Source: Trichococcus sp.
GTDB taxonomy: Bacteria > Bacillota > Bacilli > Lactobacillales > Aerococcaceae
Assembly (NCBI GenBank): GCA_030153215.1
Contig: JASKKA010000002.1
Location: 20,165 to 84,164, forward strand
Reading direction: 5' to 3'
DNA: 64,000 nt
Shown here: piece by piece, positions 30,185 to 40,048 of the stretch
Layout of the letters: the number at the start of each line of letters is the position of its first letter
How positions within the stretch are numbered: the stretch's first letter is position 1
The notes under the pieces: generated by a model
The model's input: the letters and a program-made list of their open reading frames with translations, nothing else
Database searches by the model: none
What the model was told of the DNA's origin: nothing
Program-made: the position numbers and the translations under genes

Positions 30185-31250
30185 TCAACAAGGAGCCAAT
30201 CGCATCCAGGGGATCATCGTTCCTTTGCTTTCAGTCGTATTAGGCCTGTTGATCGGCGCAATCGTCATGTGGTCTTTTGGTTATGATGCCATCGCGGGTT
30301 ATTCGGCAATGCTGAAGGGAGCTTTCGGATCGCCGTTTTACATAGGCGAATTACTGCGTGAAGCTACCCCTTTGATTCTGGTCGCACTAGGTTTTGCGGT
30401 AGCCAACACGGCAGGTTTCTTCAACATCGGTGTAGCGGGTCAAACCTTATTCGGTTGGTTGGCATCCGTCAGCATAGCCCAACTGTTGCCTGACTTGCCG
30501 AAATTGATTTTGTTGCCTTTATGCATTTTGGCGGGAATCGCTGCCGGAGCATTGTGGGCGGGCATTGCCGGTGTTCTGCGTGCCTATTTCAATACCAGTG
30601 AAGTGATCGTCACCATCATGCTGAATCACACAGCTTTGTATATCAACAATCATATCGTCAGAAATGTTTTGACGGACTCCGGGGATGCGACAGCCAGAAT
30701 CACGGAAAATGCCAGTCTGAGAGTACCGTTCTTGTCGGAACTGACGCGCAATTCGACACTGCATGCCGGTATTTTCATTGCCCTCATCATGATTGCGGTT
30801 GTCTGGATTCTGATGAAGAAAACAACATACGGTTTCGAATTCCGTTCGGTCGGATTGAATCCTGATGCAGCCGATTACGCAGGGATGAACGCCAAAAAGA
30901 ACATCATTTTGGCCATGTTGATCAGCGGCGGGTTGGCCGGTTTGGGAGGCGCGATGGAAGGGTTAGGGAATTTCCAGAACATGTTTGTTCAAGGTGCGAT
31001 GCCTGCTGTCGGATTCGATGGCATGGCGGTAGCTTTGTTGGGTATCGGAAGCCCGATCGGAATTCTCTTTGCGGCACTTCTGTTCAGCACGCTTAAAATC
31101 GGTGGAACGAGCATGCCGCTTATGTCCGGGGTACCGGTTGAAATTGTCGACATCGTGATCGCCTCGATCATCTTCTTCGTCGGTGCAAGCTATATCATCA
31201 GGCTACTGGTGAACAAGCTGTCCAAAGTCAATAAAAAGGAGGTGGCGTGA
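30177..31250 (+). CDS. nucleoside ABC transporter permease 1
   Basis: FNIGVAGQ, EVIVTIMLN and GFDGMAVALLG. Confidence 0.9.
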   Translation: MSNQQGANRIQGIIVPLLSVVLGLLIGAIVMWSFGYDAIAGYSAMLKGAFGSPFYIGELLREATPLILVALGFAVANTAGFFNIGVAGQTLFGWLASVSIAQLLPDLPKLILLPLCILAGIAAGALWAGIAGVLRAYFNTSEVIVTIMLNHTALYINNHIVRNVLTDSGDATARITENASLRVPFLSELTRNSTLHAGIFIALIMIAVVWILMKKTTYGFEFRSVGLNPDAADYAGMNAKKNIILAMLISGGLAGLGGAMEGLGNFQNMFVQGAMPAVGFDGMAVALLGIGSPIGILFAALLFSTLKIGGTSMPLMSGVPVEIVDIVIASIIFFVGASYIIRLLVNKLSKVNKKEVA

Positions 31251-31251
31251 G

Positions 31252-32211
31252 ATGGACTTACTAGCGATTCTTTCGATCATCGTGTCTTCGGCTTTGATTT
31301 ATTCGGCACCATTGATTTTTACTGGTCTTGGCGGAACTTTCTCGGAACGGAGCGGTATCGTCAACGTGGGATTGGAAGGCACGATGGTGATGGGGGCATT
31401 CTCAGCCATAGTCTTTAATCTGAACTACGCCGATAGTCTTGGGAAAATGACCCCTTGGGTTGCGTTATTGGTTGCGGGGGCAGTAGGCATTTTCTTTTCG
31501 ATTATCCATGCCGTTGCCACCATCAATTTGAGGGCGAACCATATCGTTTCCGGAACGGTCATCAATATGCTTGCCCCTGCGTTGGCGGTATTTTTGACCA
31601 AGGTTCTTTATGAAGGGAAGGGGCAAACTGCCTTCATCATCCAGAACTTCGGAAAGACAAGTTTCCCTATATTGAAGGATATCCCGGTCATCGGTCAGAT
31701 ATTCTTCACGGACACGTCAGCTCCAGCCTATGCAGCGATCGCAACAGCGCTTGTCTGCTACTTCATCATCTTCAAGACGACTTTTGGCTTGCGTCTGCGT
31801 TCGGTCGGGGAACACCCGCAAGCGGCAGATACTTTGGGGATCAACGTCTACGTGATGCGCTACGCTGGCGTGCTGATTTCCGGATTTTTGGGCGGAGTGG
31901 GCGGCGCCATCGTCTCCCAGTCAATCAGCTTGAATTTTTCCGGATCGACGATTGCCGGTCAAGGCTTCATCGCCATGGCTGCCATGATTTTCGGCAAGTG
32001 GAATCCGATTGGTGTGATGGGTGCAGCGATTTTCTTCGGTTTCGCTCAGAGTCTGGGAGTCATCGGCAGCTATATTCCGGTCATCCAGAATATCCCTTCC
32101 GTTTACCTTCAGATTGCACCTTATGTCATTACGATAATTGTACTTGTAGGTTTTATCGGAAAATCGAGAGGTCCGGCCGCCAACGGTACGACTTATATCA
32201 AATCAAAATAA
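31252..32211 (+). CDS. nucleoside ABC transporter permease 2
   Basis: SERSGIVNVGLEG, GLRLRSVGEHP and IFGKWNP. Confidence 0.9.
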   Translation: MDLLAILSIIVSSALIYSAPLIFTGLGGTFSERSGIVNVGLEGTMVMGAFSAIVFNLNYADSLGKMTPWVALLVAGAVGIFFSIIHAVATINLRANHIVSGTVINMLAPALAVFLTKVLYEGKGQTAFIIQNFGKTSFPILKDIPVIGQIFFTDTSAPAYAAIATALVCYFIIFKTTFGLRLRSVGEHPQAADTLGINVYVMRYAGVLISGFLGGVGGAIVSQSISLNFSGSTIAGQGFIAMAAMIFGKWNPIGVMGAAIFFGFAQSLGVIGSYIPVIQNIPSVYLQIAPYVITIIVLVGFIGKSRGPAANGTTYIKSK

Positions 32212-32222
32212 TCTCTGAAAGT

Positions 32223-32260
32223 GAGAAGGGTTGGCTCAACACGAGTCAGCCTTTTCTTTT
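32223..32260 (+). terminator. terminator of nucleoside ABC operon
   Basis: GAGAAGGGTTGGCTC..GAGTCAGCCTTTTCTTTT. Confidence 0.75.
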
Positions 32261-32300
32261 TGCACCGGGCATGGGAAGAGCGTGTCCGAGAATGGCTTAA

Positions 32301-32329
32301 TTGAAAAAAAAACCGAATTAGAGTATAGT
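32301..32329 (+). promoter_or_regulatory. sigma-A promoter of ymfF operon
   Basis: TTGAAA-17 bp-TATAGT. Confidence 0.55.
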
Positions 32330-32372
32330 TTTCCCTATCGACAAATAAAATAGCTTACAGGACGTGAAATGG

Positions 32373-33641
32373 ATGGAATATAAATTAAAGCAAGGTGTTA
32401 CGGCCTATATCGAGCCTTCTGACAAATACAAAACTGTACTGATCCAGTACAAATTCAGGACGATCTTCGACGGCAGAACTGCTACGGAACGTTCTTTGGT
32501 GAAGAACATGCTTGAAACGAACAGCAAGCAATACCCTACCCAAAACGAGATGGATTTGAAAATGGCCAGCCTTTACGGTGCAACGCTGCATACGCAATCC
32601 CAACGCTTCGGCAAGCAGCATGTGGTGACGCTGAGTCTGTCCGTCGTCAATGATAAGTTTATCGGAGGCGACGACACACTTTTGGAAGAGGCTTTCGCTT
32701 TTCTGGAAGAAATCATCTTCAGGCCGAATGCCGAGGACGGTAAGTTCCATGAGAAGACTTTTCTGAGGGAAAAGGAAAATCTGCATAATTATTTCGAATC
32801 CTTGATCGAAGACAAGTCAGCTTATGCACGAAATCGCTTGAACCAAGTGATGTTCGAGGGAACGAATCAAGCCTATCAAGGTATCGGGGATGCCGGCTTC
32901 CTTAAGGATATCACTCCAGGAACGCTGTTTGAATGCTACGAAGAGATGATCGGAGCAAATCAACTGGATATCCTTGTTTCGGGCGATGTAGAGCCGGAAC
33001 GGATAGTGAAGATACTGGCTGGACAGAAGCTTTCCGACAGGAAAGAGATTGAAAAAGAGGTGTTCTACTTCCGCGAAAAGATATCGGAACCCGTCACTTC
33101 AAGCGAAGCTCAGGACATCAATCAGGGCAAGCTGTTTTTTGGTTTCTCCTCTCCCGTTTATTACATGAACGATCATTATTTTGCCGGATTGGTTTTTGAT
33201 GGATTGTTTGGGGGATTCCCGCATTCAAAACTCTTCCAGAATGTACGTGAAAAAGAAAGTTTGGCTTACACGGCTTCAAGCAGCTTGGATTTTCTGCGCG
33301 GGGTCATGACTGTCGGTACCGGCATTGAATTTGATAAGCGGCAACAGGTCGAGGAAATCGTACTGGCTCAACTGCGGGATATGCAAGCGGGTGACTTTTC
33401 GGATGCGTTGATCGCTCAAACGAAAAGCATGCTGATCAACCACTACAAACAAAATGATGATTATCAGGGCAGAAGCTTGGCGAAACAGTACCAGGATATC
33501 CTCATCATAGAGAACCCTCTTTCGCAAGAGCAGTGGATTGCCGGTTTGAATGCGGTGACGAAGGAACAGATCATTGCTGTTGCGGAAAAAATGACTTTGC
33601 AGGCGATATTTTTCTTGAAAGGCGAGGCTACAGATGAATAA
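32373..33641 (+). CDS. ymfF: M16 peptidase-like protein YmfF (no HxxEH motif)
   Basis: KYKT, LYGA and GGFPHSKLFQNVREKESLAY; synteny. Confidence 0.88.
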   Translation: MEYKLKQGVTAYIEPSDKYKTVLIQYKFRTIFDGRTATERSLVKNMLETNSKQYPTQNEMDLKMASLYGATLHTQSQRFGKQHVVTLSLSVVNDKFIGGDDTLLEEAFAFLEEIIFRPNAEDGKFHEKTFLREKENLHNYFESLIEDKSAYARNRLNQVMFEGTNQAYQGIGDAGFLKDITPGTLFECYEEMIGANQLDILVSGDVEPERIVKILAGQKLSDRKEIEKEVFYFREKISEPVTSSEAQDINQGKLFFGFSSPVYYMNDHYFAGLVFDGLFGGFPHSKLFQNVREKESLAYTASSSLDFLRGVMTVGTGIEFDKRQQVEEIVLAQLRDMQAGDFSDALIAQTKSMLINHYKQNDDYQGRSLAKQYQDILIIENPLSQEQWIAGLNAVTKEQIIAVAEKMTLQAIFFLKGEATDE

Positions 33642-34935
33642 AATACACTATGAGGCACTAAACGAAACTGTCTATACGGAAGTATTGGAAAATGGATTAC
33701 AAGTAGTTTTGATTCCGAAAAATAAATACTCTAAAACCTATGGTATCTTCACCACCAATTTCGGTTCGATCGATAACCAGTTTGTGCCGATAAACGGAGA
33801 TAAGGAAATCAAGATTCCGGACGGTATCGCACATTTCCTTGAACATAAACTGTTCGAGGGCGAAGACCATGATGCTTTTGAAGACTTCGCGAAGTATGGT
33901 GCTTCAGCGAATGCTTTCACTTCCTTTACGCGGACAAGCTATCTCTTTTCAGCCACGGATAATATCGCAGAAAATACGAACAGCCTACTTGACTTCGTTC
34001 AAGATCCGCATTTCACGGCAGAAGGCACTGAAAAGGAAAAAGGCATCATTGCCCAAGAAATCCGCATGTATGAAGACAATCCGGGATGGCAACTATTTTA
34101 CGGTCTGCTCCGTAATCTCTATCCTGAACATCCACTTTCCGTCGATATAGCCGGAACTGTCGAAAGCATCCAAGCAATCTCACCGGAACTGCTTCAAATC
34201 TGTTACGAAACTTTCTACCATCCTTCCAATATGAATATATTGATGATTGGTAATTTCGTACCCGAAGAAATGATGGAGACCATCAAACAAAATCAAGACT
34301 GCAAGACATTTGTTCCCGCAAAACCGATCCAGCGCACTTTGCCTCCAGCTTCGATCCAGGAAATCATTCCCTACAAAGAGACCGAAATGGATGTGCAGCG
34401 CCCGAAAGTGATGCTGGGTGTGAAAGGTCTGGATACGGATGTAACCGGAAATCAAGCTGAAAAATACAAAATCTACGGATCGCTGTTGTTGGAATTGCTC
34501 TTCGGTCGGAGCTCCACGCATTTCATCGATCTCTACGACAACGGTTTGATCGATGACAGCTTCGGCTACTCCTTCAATCTGGATCGTTCCTTCCACTTTA
34601 TGGCCATCGAGTCGGACACGGAACAACCAAAACTGCTGGAAGAAAAGCTGAAGCGGATACTTTTGGATTGGGAAACGGATGCCAATCTGACGAATGCGAA
34701 GTTTGATTTGCTGAAGAAGAGCATGATCGGAGAACAACTGCAGGCATTCAATTCTTTGGAATACATCGCAAACCATTACAGCACCTTGCTGTTTTCTGGG
34801 GCCGAACTTTTTGAAGTTGTTCCGTTGATCGAAGCGACCACACTGGAGGACATCCGCAGATTTGCTGCGGGGTATCTAAAAGAACAAAGTATGAGCACCT
34901 ATGTGATCGTCCAGAAGGGAGCAATGCAGCAATGA
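33634..34935 (+). CDS. ymfH: M16 peptidase YmfH
   Basis: PDGIAHFLEHKLF (HxxEH), NAFTSF and EKGIIAQEI. Confidence 0.9.
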   Translation: MNKIHYEALNETVYTEVLENGLQVVLIPKNKYSKTYGIFTTNFGSIDNQFVPINGDKEIKIPDGIAHFLEHKLFEGEDHDAFEDFAKYGASANAFTSFTRTSYLFSATDNIAENTNSLLDFVQDPHFTAEGTEKEKGIIAQEIRMYEDNPGWQLFYGLLRNLYPEHPLSVDIAGTVESIQAISPELLQICYETFYHPSNMNILMIGNFVPEEMMETIKQNQDCKTFVPAKPIQRTLPPASIQEIIPYKETEMDVQRPKVMLGVKGLDTDVTGNQAEKYKIYGSLLLELLFGRSSTHFIDLYDNGLIDDSFGYSFNLDRSFHFMAIESDTEQPKLLEEKLKRILLDWETDANLTNAKFDLLKKSMIGEQLQAFNSLEYIANHYSTLLFSGAELFEVVPLIEATTLEDIRRFAAGYLKEQSMSTYVIVQKGAMQQ

Positions 34936-35657
34936 AAGCTGCTTTGGTGACGGGAGCCTCCGGCGACATCGGGTCCTCTATCGCAAGGGACCTAGCAGGT
35001 TCAGGCTGGTCTTTGTACCTGCATTATCATTCCAATCAAGAAAAAATCAAGCTGTTGCTGTCGGAACTGCAATCGGCTTATCCTGAACAGGAATTTTATC
35101 CAATCTGCATGGATTTGACCGATGAAGCTGGCGTTCCGACGCTTGTTGACCAGATATTTTCGCTCCAAGCGATTGTTTTTGCGCACGGCAAGACCGAATA
35201 TGGGTTGCTTCAAGATATGACTTCCCCACAAATGGATTCCTTGTGGGAAATGCACGTCAAAATACCTATGCTGATCATTCAAGCGCTGCAGGGAAAAATC
35301 GCTCGTTCCCGCAACGGCCGCATCCTCTTCATCAGTTCGATCTATGGGGAAGTCGGCAGTGGACTCGAAGTGCTCTACAGCACCGTCAAAGGGGCCCAAA
35401 TCGCCTTCGTCAAAGCCTACAGCAAGGAAGTCGCCTCGATGGGAGTGACAGTCAATGCCATATGCCCGGGAGCCATCGATACGCAAATGAACGCTCATCT
35501 GGATAGCGATGAAAAAGAGGCTCTTCTTGAAGAAATCCCGCTGGGGAGAATGGGAAGTCCGGACGAAATCAGCTTCTGGGTATCCCAACTTCTGAAGGAA
35601 GACAGCCGTTATATGACCGGACAGGCTATTTACGTATCCGGTGGCTGGCTCAGGTAA
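34932..35657 (+). CDS. ymfI: SDR oxidoreductase YmfI (EF-P 5-aminopentanone reductase/FabG-like)
   Basis: TGASGDIG, YSTVK (YxxxK) and VNAICPGAIDT; synteny. Confidence 0.85.
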   Translation: MKAALVTGASGDIGSSIARDLAGSGWSLYLHYHSNQEKIKLLLSELQSAYPEQEFYPICMDLTDEAGVPTLVDQIFSLQAIVFAHGKTEYGLLQDMTSPQMDSLWEMHVKIPMLIIQALQGKIARSRNGRILFISSIYGEVGSGLEVLYSTVKGAQIAFVKAYSKEVASMGVTVNAICPGAIDTQMNAHLDSDEKEALLEEIPLGRMGSPDEISFWVSQLLKEDSRYMTGQAIYVSGGWLR

Positions 35658-35743
35658 AACAGTATTGGAACTCCTGATGAAGGGATTTTATGGTATAATA
35701 TCTTTGGCAACTTCGGGATTTGCAAGTGAAGGCAGGTGAAGAA

Positions 35744-36619
35744 ATGGTTCAAATTGGAGAAATCCTAAAAAGTGCTAGAATTTCCAAGGGGTACACGTTG
35801 GATGATCTACAGCAAATGACTAAGATACAGAAACGGTATCTGATTGCCATAGAAGAAGGCGATTATGAAATCATGCCGGGCAATTTCTATGTGCGTGCCT
35901 TCATCAAGCAATATGCAGATACTGTGGGCTTGGATGGCGACCGCTTGTTGGGTGACCATGCAAATGTGATTCCGGAAATACATGGGAGCAGCCAAGTGGA
36001 GGATTCCGGCTCATTTTCTCCCAGTCGCTCCGAGACTAGAAGGGCCTCTAAAAAGACGAATTTTAACTATGGAGGGTCCGTCCAGAATAAGTTACCGACT
36101 TTTTTGTTGGCTGTGGCGGTAGTCGCCATCGTTCTTGTGGTCTGGAAGGCTACTTTGGACGATGACGATAACCAGGTTCAGATCGAAGTGGCTTCCAACA
36201 TCAGCCAGACGACTGTGGCATCGCAAGAAATGCATTCAAGCGGTACAGAGCAGACAGAGAGTGCAGTTACAGCGGAACGAACAGCGCAGGTGACCCTGGT
36301 CTCTTCTGCCGATGGGTATGCGGAATATGACGTCAGCAGCTTATCGTTGCCATCAGAGTTGAAAATCTCGGTAGCGGCAGGCGGCAGTTCCTGGATCGGC
36401 GTAAGCGTGAATGGGATCGTCCAAGAGCCTTCCGGCATCGTGGACACTGAAAACCCATTGACGGTCGTTCTGCCATTGAACACAAGCGAGATAGAAGTGA
36501 TAGTCGGTGTGATGCCGGCAACGATAATCGAACTGGATGGTGCAGTCGTTGAAATGCCAGACGATTATCAAGAGATTCAGACCCAAACTTTATCCTTTAC
36601 CGTCAAAGGTGTGGAATAA
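35744..36619 (+). CDS. rodZ: cell-shape protein RodZ
   Basis: N-terminal HTH (TKIQKRYLIAIEEG, FYVRAFIKQYA), single TM and C-terminal beta domain. Confidence 0.88.
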   Translation: MVQIGEILKSARISKGYTLDDLQQMTKIQKRYLIAIEEGDYEIMPGNFYVRAFIKQYADTVGLDGDRLLGDHANVIPEIHGSSQVEDSGSFSPSRSETRRASKKTNFNYGGSVQNKLPTFLLAVAVVAIVLVVWKATLDDDDNQVQIEVASNISQTTVASQEMHSSGTEQTESAVTAERTAQVTLVSSADGYAEYDVSSLSLPSELKISVAAGGSSWIGVSVNGIVQEPSGIVDTENPLTVVLPLNTSEIEVIVGVMPATIIELDGAVVEMPDDYQEIQTQTLSFTVKGVE

Positions 36620-36648
36620 GTCAGGGCACATTAAAGGAGTTGCAGAAG

Positions 36649-37227
36649 TTGAATTTACCTAATAAATTGACAGCGTTGCGGATTTTGATGATTCCGTTGT
36701 TCATGATCATCACCTTGTTTCCTTTTGATTGGGGTACGCTTGCAGTTGCCCAATCACAGATTGCCGTCAATCAACTGGTCGGAGCTTTCATTTTTGCCAT
36801 CGCCAGTTTTACGGATTGGTTGGATGGTTATATCGCCAGAAGGGACGGATTGGTCACCAACTTCGGAAAATTCGCTGATCCGCTGGCGGACAAGATGCTT
36901 GTTGCCACTGCCATGATTGTGCTGGTCGGCCAAGGACTGGCTCCTTCGTGGGTCGTCAGCATCATCATCAGCCGGGAATTGGCGGTTACAGGTTTGCGCC
37001 TGTTGCTTGTGAAGGAAGGCGAAGTCATGGCAGCGGCATGGCCGGGGAAAATCAAAACGGCGACGCAAATGGTAGCGATCATTTTGTTGTTCGTGGATAA
37101 TTTTCCTTTTCAGGCAACCGGCATTCCGGTTGCGGATATCATGTTGTATCTTTGTTTGATTTTCACCATTTATTCAGGGGTGGATTATTTCGTCAAGAAT
37201 AAACACGTCTTTGACGGATCCATGTAG
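36649..37227 (+). CDS. pgsA: CDP-diacylglycerol--glycerol-3-phosphate 3-phosphatidyltransferase
   Basis: NLPNKLT and DWLDGYIARR..GKFADPLADK. Confidence 0.95.
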   Translation: MNLPNKLTALRILMIPLFMIITLFPFDWGTLAVAQSQIAVNQLVGAFIFAIASFTDWLDGYIARRDGLVTNFGKFADPLADKMLVATAMIVLVGQGLAPSWVVSIIISRELAVTGLRLLLVKEGEVMAAAWPGKIKTATQMVAIILLFVDNFPFQATGIPVADIMLYLCLIFTIYSGVDYFVKNKHVFDGSM

Positions 37228-37310
37228 TTTTAATAAATAAGAAGGGCTGGGTTGCATCAGGTTGCGATCTGAACAAAAGAAAAGCGATTCTTTTGTGCCC
37301 TTCTTTTTCT
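37218..37310 (+). terminator. compound hairpin/terminator between pgsA and cinA
   Basis: AAGAAGGGC...GCCCTTCTTTTT outer stem with inner hairpins. Confidence 0.55.
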
Positions 37311-37374
37311 TTATCATTTTTTATTAGATTTTTTTTCTGGCTTGAGCGAATACTATGGATGTGAGGTATGTAAT

Positions 37375-38631
37375 ATGAACGCAGAAATTATTTCAGTCGG
37401 AACGGAATTGTTGATGGGGCAAATAGTGAATTCGGATGCGGCGTTCATCGCCAAGGAACTGACCGGTTTAGGCATAGACTCCTATTTTCAGACGGTTGTC
37501 GGCGATAACCCCGGAAAAATAAAAGAAGTGATCCAAATAGCCGAATCACGGAGCGACTTGCTGATTTTTACAGGAGGGCTCGGTCCCACCCGAGACGACT
37601 TGACCAAACAGACTGTAGCGGATTACCTTGGGGAAGAACTTGTCATGGATGACGCTGGGTTGGCGCATATCCAACAATGGTTTGAACGTTCGGGAAGAAG
37701 CATGACAAAAAACAATGAGCTTCAAGCTTTAGTGTTCAAGAGCGGTACTGTCTTCCCGAACCCGATCGGACAAGCGCTCGGTACCTATACCGAAAAAGAT
37801 GGGAAAGGGTATTTGCTTTTGCCAGGTCCGCCGAGAGAGCTTGAGCAGATGTTCCGGCAATTTGTGAAACCATTCCTTTCCAGCAAGTATGAAGATCACC
37901 AAGTCATCTCATCGAAAACGCTCCGCTTTTTTGGAATCGGCGAATCCACATTGACGACGAAGTTGGATGAAATGATCCGTAATCAGACCAACCCGACAAT
38001 AGCACCGTATGCCGGGAAATATGAAGTGACTTTGAGGCTCACGGCAAACGCTGCGACAGAAGAAATCTGCGGAAAGCTGTTGGATGAAAAAAAAGCGGAA
38101 ATATTGGCGATCGTAGGGGGATATCATTATGGCGACGGAGATGAATCCAGTCTTGCCGAAGTGGTAGGAAAGAAATTGTTGGAGGGCAAAACATCCATCA
38201 GTGCAGCCGAAAGTTTAACCGGAGGGCTTTTTCAAGCGGAGCTTGTCAAGGTTCCAGGCATAAGTGAAGTCTTCGCGGGAGGCATCGTATCTTACCAAGA
38301 AGGTGCTAAACAACGGGTTCTTGGTGTACCGGAGCACATTCTGGAGGCATACGGAATGGTCAGCCCAGAGTGCGCAGTTGCGATGGCGGAACGTGCACGC
38401 GAACTGTTTGACACGCAGTTGGCCATTTCTTTTACAGGAGTTGCCGGTCCGGATCAAATGGAGGGTAAGCCGGCCGGAACGGTATGGATCGCTTTGAGTC
38501 AAAAAGATGGGCCGACTGCAGTCCAAGGCTTCCGGTTTTCCCGCAATCGACTCGGGAACAGGGAACAAGCAGTTATGCAAGGTTTTGATATGATTCGCCA
38601 GTATTTGATTGAAGTTGGATCCAAAGAATAA
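37375..38631 (+). CDS. cinA: competence/damage-inducible protein CinA
   Basis: AEIISVGTELL, GGLGPTRDDLT, PGPPRE, AESLTGG and TGVAGP. Confidence 0.95.
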   Translation: MNAEIISVGTELLMGQIVNSDAAFIAKELTGLGIDSYFQTVVGDNPGKIKEVIQIAESRSDLLIFTGGLGPTRDDLTKQTVADYLGEELVMDDAGLAHIQQWFERSGRSMTKNNELQALVFKSGTVFPNPIGQALGTYTEKDGKGYLLLPGPPRELEQMFRQFVKPFLSSKYEDHQVISSKTLRFFGIGESTLTTKLDEMIRNQTNPTIAPYAGKYEVTLRLTANAATEEICGKLLDEKKAEILAIVGGYHYGDGDESSLAEVVGKKLLEGKTSISAAESLTGGLFQAELVKVPGISEVFAGGIVSYQEGAKQRVLGVPEHILEAYGMVSPECAVAMAERARELFDTQLAISFTGVAGPDQMEGKPAGTVWIALSQKDGPTAVQGFRFSRNRLGNREQAVMQGFDMIRQYLIEVGSKE

Positions 38632-38635
38632 AAAA

Positions 38636-38649
38636 CGAACGTCTGTTCA
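38636..38649. promoter_or_regulatory. LexA (SOS/Cheo) box upstream of recA
   Basis: CGAACGTCTGTTCA matches the Firmicute GAAC-N4-GTTC box, just upstream of TTGCTT-17 bp-TAGTAT (38658-38686). Confidence 0.85.
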
Positions 38650-38735
38650 CTTTATTCTTGCTTTTTTGTCCGGAAAAGGATAGTATTACGTTGTGGTGTT
38701 AATGCATGTAAATGAAAGCTTGGAGGAAACAACAA

Positions 38736-39806
38736 ATGGCCAATATAAATGAAAATAGACAAAAAGCCTTGGATGAGGCTCTGAAAAAAATAGAAAGAAA
38801 TTTCGGTAAAGGATCCGTCATGAAGCTCGGTGAAAAAGTGGACACCCAAATATCTACGGTGCCAAGCGGATCGTTGGCTCTTGATGTTGCGTTGGGAGTA
38901 GGCGGTTATCCGAGAGGCCGTATCATCGAAGTGTACGGTCCTGAATCTTCGGGTAAAACGACCGTTGCGCTCCACGCGATTGCGGAAGTGCAAAAACAAG
39001 GCGGAGTCGCTGCTTTCATCGATGCTGAGCATGCTCTGGATCCGAAATACGCTGCAGCTTTGGGTGTGGATATCGATGAGTTGCTGCTTTCCCAACCGGA
39101 TACAGGCGAGCAAGGGCTGGAAATCGCTGATGCGCTGGTCTCATCGGGCGCTGTCGATATCGTGGTCATTGACTCGGTTGCCGCATTGGTTCCGCGGGCT
39201 GAAATTGAAGGTGAAATGGGAGACTCGCATATGGGTCTGCAGGCTCGCTTGATGTCCCAAGCTTTACGGAAACTGTCCGGATCGATAAACAAAACAAAAA
39301 CGATCGCAATCTTCATCAATCAGGTCCGCGAAAAGATCGGCATCATGTTCGGTAACCCGGAAACGACCCCAGGAGGAAGAGCACTTAAATTCTACGCCAC
39401 TATCCGTCTGGAAGTCAGAAGAGCAGAACAGATCAAGAGCGGCACGGACATCATGGGTAACCGCACAAAAATCAAAGTCGTCAAAAATAAAGTTGCGCCG
39501 CCATTCAGGACAGCAGAAGTCGATATCATGTATGGGGAAGGCATTTCTCAGGTCGGCGAAATCATTGATATGGCATCGGAAAAGGACATCGTCAACAAGA
39601 GTGGGGCTTGGTATGCCTACAAAGGCGAACGCATCGGCCAAGGCCGCGAAAACGCCAAGAAATTCCTGCTTGATCATCCAGAAATGCGTGCTGAAATCGA
39701 GAAACTTGTCCGGGACGAATACGGTATCGGTGATAAAAAAGCTGTAGAGACGATTGCAGACGTAAAAGACGAACTGATCGAATCAATCGATTTGTTGGAC
39801 GAGTAA
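38736..39806 (+). CDS. recA: recombinase RecA
   Basis: [17 protein letters not shown] and GGRALKFY. Confidence 0.98.
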   Translation: MANINENRQKALDEALKKIERNFGKGSVMKLGEKVDTQISTVPSGSLALDVALGVGGYPRGRIIEVYGPESSGKTTVALHAIAEVQKQGGVAAFIDAEHALDPKYAAALGVDIDELLLSQPDTGEQGLEIADALVSSGAVDIVVIDSVAALVPRAEIEGEMGDSHMGLQARLMSQALRKLSGSINKTKTIAIFINQVREKIGIMFGNPETTPGGRALKFYATIRLEVRRAEQIKSGTDIMGNRTKIKVVKNKVAPPFRTAEVDIMYGEGISQVGEIIDMASEKDIVNKSGAWYAYKGERIGQGRENAKKFLLDHPEMRAEIEKLVRDEYGIGDKKAVETIADVKDELIESIDLLDE

Positions 39807-39818
39807 AAACTGTTTTCC

Positions 39819-39864
39819 AAAGAGGTCGGGACCAAATTAAATCCGGGCCTCTTTCTTTTTTTTT
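39819..39864 (+). terminator. recA terminator
   Basis: AAAGAGGTCGGGA..TCCGGGCCTCTTT followed by long T-tract. Confidence 0.7.
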
Positions 39865-39926
39865 ACAAAAAAAGGGCAATATCGCAACAGAAAAACACGT
39901 ATTTTGGTTATGTTACCGTTTTATCG

Positions 39927-39955
39927 TTGACATGTCAGTATTCTACGTTTAGAAT
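39927..39955 (+). promoter_or_regulatory. sigma-A promoter of rny
   Basis: TTGACA-17 bp-TAGAAT. Confidence 0.75.
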
Positions 39956-40048
39956 GAATTTATGTGCATCGCTTCATTCTGCACATTGTAAAATTAATTT
40001 TTATTCATTTTTTTGACAACAAAATTAAATAGATACGGAGGTGAAACT

